A stretch of DNA of 64,000 nucleotides from Eledone cirrhosa (lineage: Eukaryota), in assembly GCA_964016885.1 (NCBI GenBank), contig OZ024747.1:21204001-21268000 (forward strand), in the 5' to 3' direction. The position numbers were made by a program, and so were the translations under genes. The notes below the pieces were generated by a model. It made no database searches. It was not told where the DNA came from and saw only the letters and a program-made list of their open reading frames with translations. Each line of letters opens with the position of its first letter. Position 1 is the first letter of the stretch. This document shows positions 41,286 through 54,697 of the stretch, in pieces.

Positions 41286-41632
41286 TCATTCATTTCATTT
41301 CATTTCATTTCATTTTACGTCCACTTTTCCCTGCTTGCAAGGGTGGGACGGGAACTGATTCTGGCTTGATTTCTACAGCTGGATGCCCTTCCTAACACCA
41401 ACCTCATTTACAGTGAGTGCTGGGTGCTTTTTTGCCGTGGCACGTCCACAACCACTTTGCAGTGGAATGATAGGAACCCCAGTCCCTATCATCTCATTTC
41501 TACAGCTGAGTAAACTGGAGCAATGTGAAGTAAAGTGTCTTGCTCAAGGAAACAACACATCACCCAGTCTGAGAATTGAACTCACAACCTTTCGATTGCA
41601 AGCCCAATGTTCTAACCACTTAGCCATGTGCC

Positions 41633-41634
<2 letters not shown>
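41286..41634 (-). mobile_element. SINE family A copy
   Basis: Reverse complement of 49246-49587. Confidence 0.88.
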
Positions 41635-41697
<63 letters not shown>

Positions 41698-41748
41698 TAA
41701 AATAACATTAATAAAGATTATTATTACTATTATTATTATTATTATTAT

Positions 41749-41799
<51 letters not shown>

Positions 41800-41871
41800 T
41801 ACACATGCACACACACACGTGGAGAAATAAATATAGGAGAACAAACTGTTAAAACATGTTTATTTAAAATA

Positions 41872-41912
41872 GCACCTACGGACATTTCGCCCGAATGGGC
41901 TTCTCAAGGGCA
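41872..41912 (-). ncRNA. Minimal hammerhead ribozyme, U3-A8 variant
   Basis: Minus strand TGCCC-TTGAGAA-GCCC-ATTC-GGGC-GAAA-TGTCCG-TA-GGTGC; imperfect stems I and III. Confidence 0.68.
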
Positions 41913-42121
41913 TAAATAACTTAAAAGTGTTCCTTACATGACTCGGAATGGGTTTTTCATATATGTATGAGTAGAAGTACTTAGTGAACAATGTCTGTAA
42001 CACAGTTTCAATTCCTATTTTGAACAGTTTTACTTATGTCACCAATACTCATAGGAATGTCAATAATTTTCCAATAATTCAATTGTCGTGTCCTAATTTT
42101 GACACTGTGTGTATATATTTA

Positions 42122-42153
<32 letters not shown>

Positions 42154-42156
42154 ATG

Positions 42157-42355
42157 TAGGAGGTGAGTTTTATTGTAGTACAATAAAGCAATGCAGATAT
42201 CGGATAAGTTGATTTAAAACTTAAAGTGTTTTTAACCTTCATATCATGTCCTCCTATTTTATCTGATGAAAACACAAATGTTATTGCATGATGATATTTG
42301 TTTTTGAAATGCGCATAATAAAATACATGGAACTCATTTAACCATCTTTTGATCT

Positions 42356-42360
<5 letters not shown>
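42157..42360. mobile_element. Internally deleted copy of the 43352-43851 HHR element
   Basis: Tail end AGGAGGTGAG...CGGATAAG is fused directly to the plus-strand arm; the left arm is missing. Confidence 0.75.
42255..42325 (+). ncRNA. Type I hammerhead ribozyme with long stem II
   Basis: TATTTTAT-CTGATGA-long hairpin-GAAA-TGCGCA-TA-ATAAAATA: perfect 8-bp stem I and perfect palindrome ATGCGCAT. Confidence 0.85.
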
Positions 42361-42405
<45 letters not shown>

Positions 42406-42599
42406 GTTATTCTTCATGTTATGGCATATTCTTGTTTCTTAGTTTCGAGTTTCCTTGACTTATATATATTTATAAATATATATATATATATATGTGTGTG
42501 TGTCTGTGTGTGTGTATATACACACACACATACACACACACACACATACATATATATATAAAACTCTTGGTAGCCGAGGAAGCAGACGTTAAAGCGATG

Positions 42600-43240
<641 letters not shown>

Positions 43241-43305
43241 CATATATATAACTGGTAACAAGCAGACGAAATTAATAAGAGCCACAAACACATAAACCCA
43301 TAAAC

Positions 43306-43356
<51 letters not shown>

Positions 43357-43477
43357 AGGTGAGTTTTATTGTAGTACAATAAAGCAATGCAGATATCGGA
43401 TAAGAAGCACTCTACAGTTTGTAGGACTGGAGTATAAATAATATATAGGATCAAAAGATGGTTAAAAGAGTTCCATG

Positions 43478-43548
43478 TATTTTATTATGCGCATTTCAAA
43501 AACAAATAACATCATGCAATAACATTTGCGTTTTCGTCAGATAAAATA
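43478..43548 (-). ncRNA. Type I hammerhead ribozyme (inverted copy)
   Basis: Near-exact reverse complement of 43747-43817; core CTGACGA. Confidence 0.82.
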
Positions 43549-43746
43549 GTGAGACATGATATGAAGGTTAAAACACACTTGTGAATAGTGCAGTTTTAAA
43601 TCAACATGTTTTCGTCAGATAAAATAGGGAGACATGATATGAAGGTTAAAACACACTTGTGAATAGTGCAGTTTTAAATCAACATATATGTTGATTTAAA
43701 ACTGCACTATTCATAAGTGTGTTTTAACCTTCATATCATGTCTCCC

Positions 43747-43817
43747 TATTTTATCTGACGAAAACGCAAATGTTATTGCATGATGATATTTGTTTTTGAA
43801 ATGCGCATAATAAAATA
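43747..43817 (+). ncRNA. Type I hammerhead ribozyme
   Basis: TATTTTAT-CTGACGA-hairpin-GAAA-TGCGCA-TA-ATAAAATA. The core differs from the 42255 copy only at the free N7 position. Confidence 0.85.
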
Positions 43818-44504
43818 CATGGAACTCTTTTAACCATCTTTTGATCTTATATATTATATATATATATATATACATAAGTCTGTACATATTAACAAACCCA
43901 CTTACACATTCAAACATACATACATGAGACTTGAGAACACACACAAAGTCATTGTTCCAGAGGATGAGATTGGGGGAGGTAAAGGCAATGCATAAAAATG
44001 AAGATAAGAAAAGCTGTATAGTATTTAAGGGAATGAATATGTCCCATGGGCGTGATATTGGAGCACACACACATGCAAGTATATACATTAATACACTCAT
44101 ACATACATGCCATACATTGGATGATGCATAGACAATTCTCTCCCTCTCTCTCCCTCTCTATATATATATATATTTATATATCTATATCCAAAATTAAGAT
44201 ATAAGGTATCTATATCCAATATATATCCTTATATCTATATCCAAAAATAGATATAAGGTACCTATTTTTGAAGTTCTGGTTAACTTTATTTAGTTACCTA
44301 CCTAGCTATGTGTGCTTACACACTTGTAAAAATTATCTCCTGTGATTATTCATGTTTATTTATATGTTAATCAATTTCTAGTTATTATATATATTTATAT
44401 ATATTTCTTTAGGTTTGTTGGTTCACCACTGGATAGAATTGGTCATTCCGTATGGTCAATCTTGGTGTAATATTGTGGAGAGTACTCAACGCAGTTATAT
44501 ATAT

Positions 44505-45095
44505 ATGATGCGCATGAAAGACGACAGCTGTATAAAAAAGTGCAGGGCAATAAAAATAGACGGTAGCCACGGAGTAGGCAGACCCAGAAAAACCTGGGAC
44601 GACTTGATAAATTCCGACCTCACACACTTACACCTCTCCAAGACAATGTCACTGGACCGAGAGCTTTGGCGCTACACAGTAATAGAGAAGACTCGCCTTA
44701 CCTAAGTACAAAGTGAAACCTACTACAGTCAGTAGGCACCTAGCAAAATACACCCCGTCCCACTACCCCCACCCCATCCACACCACCCCTTCGATGTAAA
44801 GTTATGTTGGTGTCACAACATCCAGCCCGAAACAAATGAGGTCGTGTAGGTGTCACGACAAAAAAACACACAGTCCACGCTGTAATGTGGCCATGTAGGC
44901 AACACGGTAAAAACCTCCCAGTTTCACACTGTAAATGTGGTTGGTGTTAGGAAGGGCATCCAGCCGTAGAAAACCCGCCAGACAGTCCTATGCGAGCAAG
45001 ACAACCACTCTTGCCTCAAGTGGGAAAACCCCCGTCCAAACCCATGCAAGCGTGGAATATGGACGTTAAACGATGATGATGATGATGATGATGAT
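44505..45095 (+). mobile_element. RTE LINE subfamily 2, ORF C-terminus plus 3' UTR
   Basis: MRMKDDSCIKKCRAIKIDGSHGVGRPRKTWDD...DRELWR is a typical RTE C-terminus; (ATG)n tail; starts in a TA run. Confidence 0.85.
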
Positions 45096-46499
45096 ATATA
45101 TATATAAATATATATATTTATTAAAATAACAGATTAAAGTTTAATCAAAGAATCGCTGCTTTCACCCTTAACGGGATCTTCTGAAACTAACAAAGTCAAT
45201 CTGTAAACGCAGAACTGGATATTTCAAAAAACGTTGCAACCGGAGGAAGACAGGAAGACGATACTTTGGTTCGTGGAAACGTTCGCTGGCTAAGAACGGG
45301 AAAAAAACGAATATAATACGTCATTAATAGGAGCGGTGAAAAACAATACGCGCAAAGACAGAACCACGTTTATAGTATAATAGAGGTCGTAGACTAATGT
45401 TCTCTTAGGTGGTGCGTTCTCTGGCGATGAACGAAAAAACGAAGATAATACGTCATATGTGGAGCGTGGAGAACAATAGCACGCAAAGACAAAACCACGT
45501 AAATGGTATAGCAGAAGTCGTAGACTAAATTCTACGGTTCTTATATATTTGATATATATTTATCCTTATCGAGCCCTCTTTGGATTTTAGTCTTCAAATT
45601 TATTATTATTATTATTATTACTATAAACATATATATATATTATATATATATAATATATAATATTAAGGATACTATTTATGGTTATGTATATACTAAAACT
45701 TTTTATAGTTATATATATTTTCAACCCTAAACAGTGAAAGTCAGTAATTTATTACTACCTTATTACCAGTAAGATAAATAGCTCAATGTAATAACATCAG
45801 TTGTTCTACAGAGCGGTTATATAGAATTCACAAGAATCAAAGCTATGTTCAAAGCATTTATTAACTTACAATTGTTTCATCCAAACCTAGGCTTGGAATC
45901 TTCTGAGCATTTTTCAATGTTTGTACACATAATTGACCTCCTTTCCAATGCAAGAGACATACAGATACATATGTATATATTGATGTACAGTGGAGTGACA
46001 TATATTATATTATATTACTTCCGTATAGCAATTCAAATTCAAAGTCAAGATCATTATCAAAATTAAAACAAAATTAAAATACATTCGGCAGTTAATAATA
46101 GATAATGCAAGAGGATAGTTTGTTAGTCATATGTAGTAGTTATTGTATGTGTTAGTTATGTGTGTCTCATTTATATATGATTATTGTGTGGCAGGGTGTT
46201 ACGTGTAATACAAGCACCTTACGTGGGTAAGTAAGGGTATTATGGAGGCTGCAGTGGTAAGGTATTTTTTGTATATGATAAAAAAGTATGTGCGCAGAAA
46301 AATAGAAATAGAAAGGAGAAGCAAAAGAGAGTTATGTATATATATATATATACATGCTCCATCATCCCCTTTTCTAAAAAAAAATCATACAAAAATCAGC
46401 ACCAACAGTTTTGCAAGAGATGTCAACATGAATGGACCTGTTATTTTTATTTTTATCTAAAGACATTTTTTCCAATTCCATCCCGCCCGTCCCCTCAAT

Positions 46500-46639
46500 C
46501 TATTTTATTTCTCATTCTTTCTTCTGATGAAAGACTAGCGTCCGAAACATTAAGACCTTCTTCCTGCTATATCAAGCGTTAACCTAATATATACCTTCCA
46601 TATACTGTACCGATTGTGTTGTTATTTCTGTTTACCTTT

Positions 46640-46640
<1 letters not shown>
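46500..46640 (+). mobile_element. PLE-type pLTR remnant with minimal HHR
   Basis: Homologous to 12790-12920; ends at the giant (TA)n array. Confidence 0.6.
46520..46555 (+). ncRNA. Minimal hammerhead-like motif
   Basis: TCTT-CTGATGA-A-AGAC-TAGC-GTCC-GAAA-CATT-AAGA; resembles the CUGAUGAAGG..CCGAAACGUU minimal type with substitutions. Confidence 0.6.
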
Positions 46641-46644
<4 letters not shown>

Positions 46645-46706
<62 letters not shown>

Positions 46707-46757
46707 TATATGTAATATATATATATATATATATATATATATGCTATATATATATAT

Positions 46758-46792
<35 letters not shown>

Positions 46793-46965
46793 GCTATATA
46801 TATATATTATATATATATATAGTATATATATATATTTTATATATATATATATTATATATATATATATAGTATATATATATATATATTATATATATATATA
46901 GTATATATTATATATATATATAGTATATATTATATATTATATATATATAGTATATATATATATAT

Positions 46966-47000
<35 letters not shown>

Positions 47001-47320
47001 GCTATATATATATATTATATATATATATAGTATATATATATATTTTATATATATATATATTATATATATATATAGTATATATATATATATATTATATATA
47101 TATATAGTATATATTATATATTATATATATATAGTATATATATATATTATATATATAAATATTATATATATATTATATATATATATGGTATATATATATA
47201 TTATATATATATATATATATTATATATATATATAGTATATATATATATTATATATATATATATATGTATATATATATGCTATATATATATATTATATATA
47301 TATATAGTATATATATATAT

Positions 47321-47355
<35 letters not shown>

Positions 47356-47506
47356 GCTATATATATATATTATATATATATATAGTATATATATATATTT
47401 TATATATATATATATTATATATATATATATAGTATATATATATATATATTATATATATATATAGTATATATTATATATTATATATATATAGTATATATAT
47501 ATATAT

Positions 47507-47541
<35 letters not shown>

Positions 47542-49900
47542 GCTATATATATATATTATATATATATATAGTATATATATATATTTTATATATATATATA
47601 TTATATATATATATAGAATATATATATATATATTATATATATATATAGTATATATTATATATTATATATATATAGTATATATATATATTATATATATAAA
47701 TATTATATATATATTATATATATATATGGTATATATATATATTATATATATATATATATATTATATATATATATAGTATATATATATATTTTATATATAT
47801 ATATATTATATATATATATATAGTATATATATATATATTATATATATATATAGTATATATTATATATTATATATATATTATATATTATATAGTATATATT
47901 ATATATTATATATATATATTATATATATATATTATATATATATAAATATGTATATATATATATATATATGCTATATATATATATTATATATATATATAGT
48001 ATATATATATATTTTATATATATATATATTATATATATATATAGTATATATATATATATTATATATATAGTATATATTATATATTATATATATATAGTAT
48101 ATATATATATTATATATATAAATATTATATATATATTATATATATATATAGTATATATATATTATATATATATATATATTATATATATATATAGTATATA
48201 TATATATTATATATATATATATATAGTATATATATATATTATATATATATATAGTATATATATATATTATATATATAGTATATATATATATTATATATAT
48301 AGTATATATATATATTATATATATATTATATATATATATATTATATATATAGTATATATATATATTATATATATATTATATATATATATATAGTATATAT
48401 ATTATATATATATATAGTATATATATATATTATATATATATATAGTATATATATATATATTATATATATATTATATATATAGTATATATATATTATATAT
48501 ATACATAGTATATATATATATTATATATATATATATAGTATATATATATAAATATATATATATAGTTTATATATATATTATATATATATATAGTATATAT
48601 ATATATTATATATATAGTATATATATATATATAGTATATATATATATAGTATATATATATATAGTATATATATATATTATATATATAGTATAAATATAGT
48701 ATATATATATATTATATATATATAATATATATACTATATATATATATAATATATATATATATACTATATATATATATAATATATATATATACTATATATA
48801 TATATATAATATATATATATACTATATATATATATAATATATATATATATAGTATATATAATATATATAGTATATATAATATATATAGTATATATAATAT
48901 ATATATATATATATATAGTATATATATATATTATATATATATATATATATATAGTATATATAATATATATAGTATATACAATATATATATATATAGTATA
49001 TATATATATTATATATATATATATATTATATATATAGTATATATATATATTATATATATTGTATATATATATAGTATATATATATTATATATATATATAT
49101 ATTATATATATAGTATATATATATATTATATATATAGTATATATATATAGTATATATATATATATTATATATATATATAGTATATATATATATATAGTAT
49201 GTATATATATTATATATATTATATATATATATAGTATATATATATGGAGGCACATGGCTTAGTGGTTAGAGCATTGGCCTTGCAATCGAAAGGTTGTGAG
49301 TTCAATTCTCAGACCGGGTGATGTGTTGTTTCCTTGAGCAAGACACTTCATTTCACATTGCTCCAGTTTACTCAGCTGTAGAAATGAGATGATAGGGACT
49401 CGGGTCCCTATCATTCCACTGCAAAGTGGACGTGTAGGTGCCACGGCAAAAAAGCACCCAGCACTCACTGTAAATGAGGTTGGTGTTAGGAAGGGCATCC
49501 AGCTGTAGAAATCAAGCCAGAATCAGTTCCCGTCCCACCCTTGCAAGCAGGGAAAAGTGGACGTAAAATGAAATGATGAATGATGATATTATATATATAT
49601 ATAGTATATATATATATTATATATATATATAGTATATATATATATTATATATATATATTATATATATATATAGTATATATATATATTATATATATATAGT
49701 ATATATATATATTATATATATTATATATATATAAAGTATATATATATAGTATATATATATATTATATATATATAGTATATATATATATTATATATATATA
49801 GTATATATATATTATATATATATATAGTATATATATATATTATATATATATATATAGTATATATATATATATATATATAGTATATATATATATATATATT
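46645..49900. repeat. ~3.2 kb interrupted (TA)n array with higher-order duplications
   Basis: Near-identical translated blocks at 46981 and 47522 give a 541-bp period; local inverted patch ~48720-48845; SINE inserted at 49246. Confidence 0.9.
49246..49587 (+). mobile_element. Full-length SINE family A copy inside the (TA)n array
   Basis: GGAGGCACATGGCTTAGTGGTTAGAGC tRNA head, B box, CORE-like domain, RTE-shared tail. Confidence 0.9.
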
Positions 49901-50115
49901 TCCTTATTTAATATAGAAATAGCTTATAAAGAACTAGAACTGTTTCATTCATATGAAATCATCAGGAATCTTCTGATGTTTCCATACAAATGAAACAGTT
50001 CTAGTCCTCTAGAAACCATTTTTATTTCAAATAATGATCAATTACACTCTACAAATGTATTGAGTATCTTTTATAACTGTGGTTAACCCCTCCCCTGATA
50101 TTACTTAGGATCTAC
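49900..50115. mobile_element. Diverged minimal inverted HHR pair plus tail (family of 51476-51671)
   Basis: CTAGAACTGTTTCATT...TCATCAGGAATC then CTGATGT...GAAACAGTTCTAGTCC; tail ACTC...GTATTGAGTATC...CTGTGGTTA. Confidence 0.7.
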
Positions 50116-50168
50116 ATATATCATCATCATCATCATTTTCACATCCATTTTTCCACATTTGCATGATG

Positions 50169-51441
50169 TCATCATCATCATCACCGTTTTACGTCCGTTC
50201 TTCCAAGCTAACATGGGTTAGACGGGTTGTCCTGTTGTGGGCAGTGTCTGGTCGGCTGTCCATGCCTTGCTGATACAGGAACTGATTTGGCTTGATTTCT
50301 ACAGCTGGATGCCTTTTTTGCCGTGGCACCTCCACGACCACCTTGCAGTGGGGGGTGTGGGGGCATATTGTCTATATGCTTCAGCTTGTACCCATGGGAG
50401 GTCGGGTACTCTGTATTACTGCGTGACGCCAAAGGTGTAATTGGGTAAGGTCGGCTTTTATCACCTCATTCCAGATCAACTTGGGTCTCCCCACTCCGCG
50501 GTTTCCATCGACTTCTAGTGCTCTGCACCTTTTTATGCAGCTGTCATCCTTCATTCCGCATCACATGTCCATACCAACGCAACGACCTCTCCTGCACACA
50601 GCATTTGATTCATCTTATGCTCATTCTCTCTCTCAATTCATTTATGCTTTGCCGTTCGCGTATATTACTATTACACATCCATCGGAGCATGCAGGCTTTG
50701 TTTCTCTCTAATCTACGTAACTCTTCCACCTTCAGCGCCCAGGTCTCACTACCATGCAACATCGCTGTTCGGATACACGCATCATACAGTCTGCCTTTCA
50801 TTTTGAAGGAGCAGCCTTTTGCAGCTAGCAGTGGCAGTAGTTCCCTGAACTTCTTCCATCCCGTTCTTACCCTAGTTATTGTACTTTCTGAACACCCACC
50901 TCCGCTGCTCATTCGGTCACCTAGGTAGCAGAAGCTGTCTACTGTTTCTACAGAGTCCTCCCAGAGATTGGTGGTACTTGTTTCCTGTGGCTGTTTGCTG
51001 CTTGCTGTCCCAGCACAGCTGCTGCATGTGAAGCCTACATTCTTAATTAAGCTTCCTGAGATCCCGCTACATCTCTTGTGTACCCATTGTTTGCATTTGG
51101 GGCAGAGAATGGTGTTCCTACCTACACCTTTCCTATATACTGAGCAAGGCCATTTCCCTGAGGGGATCTGGGTTCTGTCTTCTCGTCTACTTACAAGGAC
51201 CTTAGTCTTTGTCATGTTGACTTTGAGACCCTTTCTTCCTAGTCCCAGCTTCCAAGTTTGGAATTTCTTCTCTAGTTCTACCATAGATTCAGCTATGAGT
51301 GCGAGGTCATCAGCATACAGGAGTTCCCATGGGCATCCGGTCTTAAACTCCTCCGTTATTGCCTGCAGGACTATGATGAACAGGAGGGGGCTAAGAACAG
51401 AGCCCTGATGGACCCCAAACTGTACGCTAAATTCCTCACTA
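50169..51441 (-). mobile_element. 5'-truncated RTE-clade LINE with RT core, Cys-rich insert and 3' UTR
   Basis: Minus-strand frame from 51441: GVHQGSVLSPLLF, LLYADDL, KVNMTKTK, CPKCKQWVHKRC, FCYLGD, MLHGSETW; premature stop at ~50610; (TGA)n tail. Confidence 0.92.
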
Positions 51442-51444
51442 GAG

Positions 51445-51481
<37 letters not shown>

Positions 51482-51482
<1 letters not shown>

Positions 51483-51538
51483 TGAGATTCTACAGGACTA
51501 GAACTGTTTCATTCATTAGAAATCATCAGGAATCTCAT
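51482..51538 (-). ncRNA. Type I hammerhead ribozyme
   Basis: Minus strand ATGAGATTC-CTGATGA-TTTCTAATGAAT-GAAA-CAGTTCTAGTCCTG-TA-GAATCTCAT with a 9-bp stem I. Confidence 0.8.
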
Positions 51539-51587
51539 GATTCCTGATGATTTCTAATGAATGAAACAGTTCTAGTCCTGTAGAATC
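51539..51587 (+). ncRNA. Type I hammerhead ribozyme
   Basis: GATTC-CTGATGA(51544-51550)-...-GAAA-CAG...CTG-TA-GAATC. Confidence 0.8.
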
Positions 51588-51853
51588 TCATCTATATTAA
51601 AACTTTTATACTCTGCTATGTATTGAGTACCTTACTTACTGTGGTTACCTCCGATTCAACCCGGAATAACGTATATATATATATATATGTGTGTGTGTAC
51701 ATATTTGTACATATCTATATTATATGCATACATTTACATAGTTAAGCCCCTGCACTCAGAAATCAAATCCAACTAAGGCTGGATTTCACTTTATTGCCTC
51801 CCACAGGGAATGCACACTAATACACATGCACCTCTATATACATATATACTACC

Positions 51854-51905
<52 letters not shown>

Positions 51906-53909
51906 CTACTTACATAAGAAGCACTTGTCAAATTTGAAATGTTGTCTTCCTAACCATAATAATAGTCAATCACTATAAATATTTGAGGAAATCACTTAAA
52001 TACCCCTGGAGACAGACAGACATGGATAGAGGGGGCTGTGTTGGAACAACTACAAATCAAATATACATATATACATTTATCATCATCATTAAAGTTTTAT
52101 GGTCATTTTTCCATGCTTGTATGGCTTGGTCAATTCTTTTCTAGCACAACATCTCTCTACTTGATGTGATCCTTCATTATGTGGACTGAGAGCTTCAATG
52201 ATTAGAGATCAGCTCTTACAATCTCTGGGATTTCTTTAATATTGCTGGGGATATGATATCTCTAGTGCTGGTGCCATGATGAAGTGTACCCTGTATATTC
52301 TGGAAAGTTGTTGGCAATAGAGAGGTCATCCATCCATAGAAAACATGCAAGATATTAAATGTATAGGTGGTATACTGTCTAACCCATGCAAGCATGGAAA
52401 ACTAGACATTAAAGAGTGATGATGATGATATATAGTTTTCAATCCATCTAGGAGTTCAGTAACTAAAAATAAGAACTGATTCAGTCTATGATGTTCTCGC
52501 CAATCCATGATAGCTTGGAAAAGCAGACATAAAAATATGATTATGAAGAGAAGGAAGTTGATACAGTTATGATATCTACAGTTTTTAGATATTTCCAAAA
52601 GCAATTTATCCACATAATTCCTAACAGTGAATTGAAATCAGGTCACCAGTTCACTCTGTGAATATCTAATGTTTTTTGTGAAATTCTTCATCATTGAATA
52701 GTTTCTTTGCTCATCTTTCCAACCTCTAGTAATCTTCAATCCTATATCATCCTTATCTCTCTTCACATTTCTTTGATGTTTTTCCAAACTTTCTAAGAGT
52801 CATCCTTTCATATCTCAGTACTACTGAAATTGTTTTTAACTGTTTCCAATCTTAACTCTTCATCAACTTCATTACCATTAGTTTAACATCATTTTATTCT
52901 ATTTTATTCTTTTCTAATATATATATTTTTAAAACTCTATTTTTTATTCTATGATAACTTGAATTTGAAGTGTCTCCATCATAGCATAATATCACTGTTT
53001 TCTAATCACCCCCATCACCTTCATCAGCTTATCTAGGCAACTAACTTAACATTGTAACATCTGATCTAACTTATTCATTCGGAATATGAAAAGATGAAAT
53101 ATTTGATAAAACTTCACAGTTTCAGTGAATGGCAATTTATTTATTCTGCAGCCATCAAGAGATTTGATCTCTTGATAGAGATAATAATCCTACAATAGTG
53201 TAACTTGATCTTTGAATGGTGCCAAAAGTAGTTTATTTCAGTGTGGCACAAGGACAGTTCTTGTCTGGAATTGTTAGTTTAGTTTGGAATAGAGTTCCAA
53301 GGAGATAGAAATGGTTTCTTTCTTAAAAAATTAGATAATCTTTATTTGGAAGCAAAGCATTAAATCTTCATTTGCTTTTCTTTTTGTGTTCTTTCTTTTT
53401 AATTTCTTCTTTTTTATTTTCAATTGTTATAATTGGTTGAACATGACAGAAAATTTAGATATTTTCATGAAAATTTAGAAAATCATGTCATCAAAGATGT
53501 TTTGGCTATGGCTAACGCATCTTTCATTCAGATATATCTACAGCTCTACATTTTTAAGACAGTAGGATACAATTTGAGGTATAATTATCTATTTCTAGCT
53601 TATTGAACGATTATGCTGGTTTGTAAATGAATTAGAATAGTTGGTGCTTTAAGGGTTAATAAAACATTCAGCTGTCACTCAGCATTCAGTGTTAAAATAC
53701 TCTGACAGGTAAATGTTTTATTAATTTTCTGGACCAAAGTTAAATAATTTTCTACAGTGTTTGGTATTGTAAGAGTTCCCTGTGGCTGGGGTGAGCCCTA
53801 TCTCTGAAACATTTTGAGTAATTGTTTTGTGACTCATTAATGACAATAATGTAAAGAATTAATTACCAACTCACATAGGCTGAAAATAAAGTTAGAACAG
53901 AAACATTAT

Positions 53910-54225
53910 AATGCTATGATGGATGTGCAATGTTAATATGTGTGAATGACAAAACATGGATGAGCTGAGAGAAAAGCTGGGTATAAGAGGAATCAACTGT
54001 AGTGTGCAGGAGAGAAGATTGCATCTGTATGGATGTCAAGAAATTCCTGTGGAAGGAAGCTGCAATAAGAGACAATGGAAGGCTTGTGAGAGCTGATCTC
54101 GAATTGCTAAAGCTAACAGAGGAAATGACAATGGACCACAACAGGTGGAGTTATGCTGTGCTGGAAAAAAATTTATAACCCATATAAGTATGGAAAAGCA
54201 GACGTAAAATGATTATGATAATGAT
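53910..54225 (+). mobile_element. Decayed RTE LINE 3' fragment
   Basis: ML*WMCNVN...ELREKLGIRGINCSVQERRLH-like reading and a GACGTAAAA(TGA)n tail. Confidence 0.65.
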
Positions 54226-54697
54226 AACATTTCACAATATCACAACTGAAAACGTGGAAGTAATGAAGAACTGTTTCACCTCTACACACCTCTTGCAACA
54301 TCTCTGCTATTTTAGACTACTGGTGAGAAATGAAAGCTATAGATAGTGCTATTCTCCAAATTATAACACAACAGGTCTCCACTAAATCTCCCTATTTAGC
54401 AGGACAGTCAAATCATTAGATTTTTTTGTTATGATTTAATCAGAAGAAAGTAAAAAGAACCAGGATTCTTTACATGTTTTCTTAGATTAAAAATATGGAG
54501 TAGAGAACTTCAAAAGATTAACACTTTGGGGATGAAGAATTTACCAAAGTGGTTGCTGAAAGGCATGGTGATGAAGTTGGATAATAGGAGCAATGAGAAT
54601 CAGAGAGTCAGGTGAGCTGAGCCTAGGTGTAAGTGGTATACAAATATTTAACTCAGCAAGAATTAGCAGATAATTAACATAAAGTAAAATTAAAGTA

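Larger units (their letters stand above)
43352..43851. mobile_element. Inverted-repeat HHR element with left-side tail and internal tandem duplication
   Basis: Left arm 43444-43607, ~78-bp duplication 43609-43686, right arm 43688-43851, tail 43352-43443, (TA)n flanks. Confidence 0.85.
51476..51671. mobile_element. Minimal ~195-bp element: two back-to-back HHRs plus tail
   Basis: Perfect ~59-bp arms 51476-51534 / 51539-51597, 4-bp loop, tail to 51671 nearly identical to 31884-31951; (TA)n flanks. Confidence 0.88.

Noticed and set aside
49246-49320. tRNA gene
   Set aside because: It is the tRNA-derived head of a SINE, continuous with CORE-like and LINE-tail sequence.
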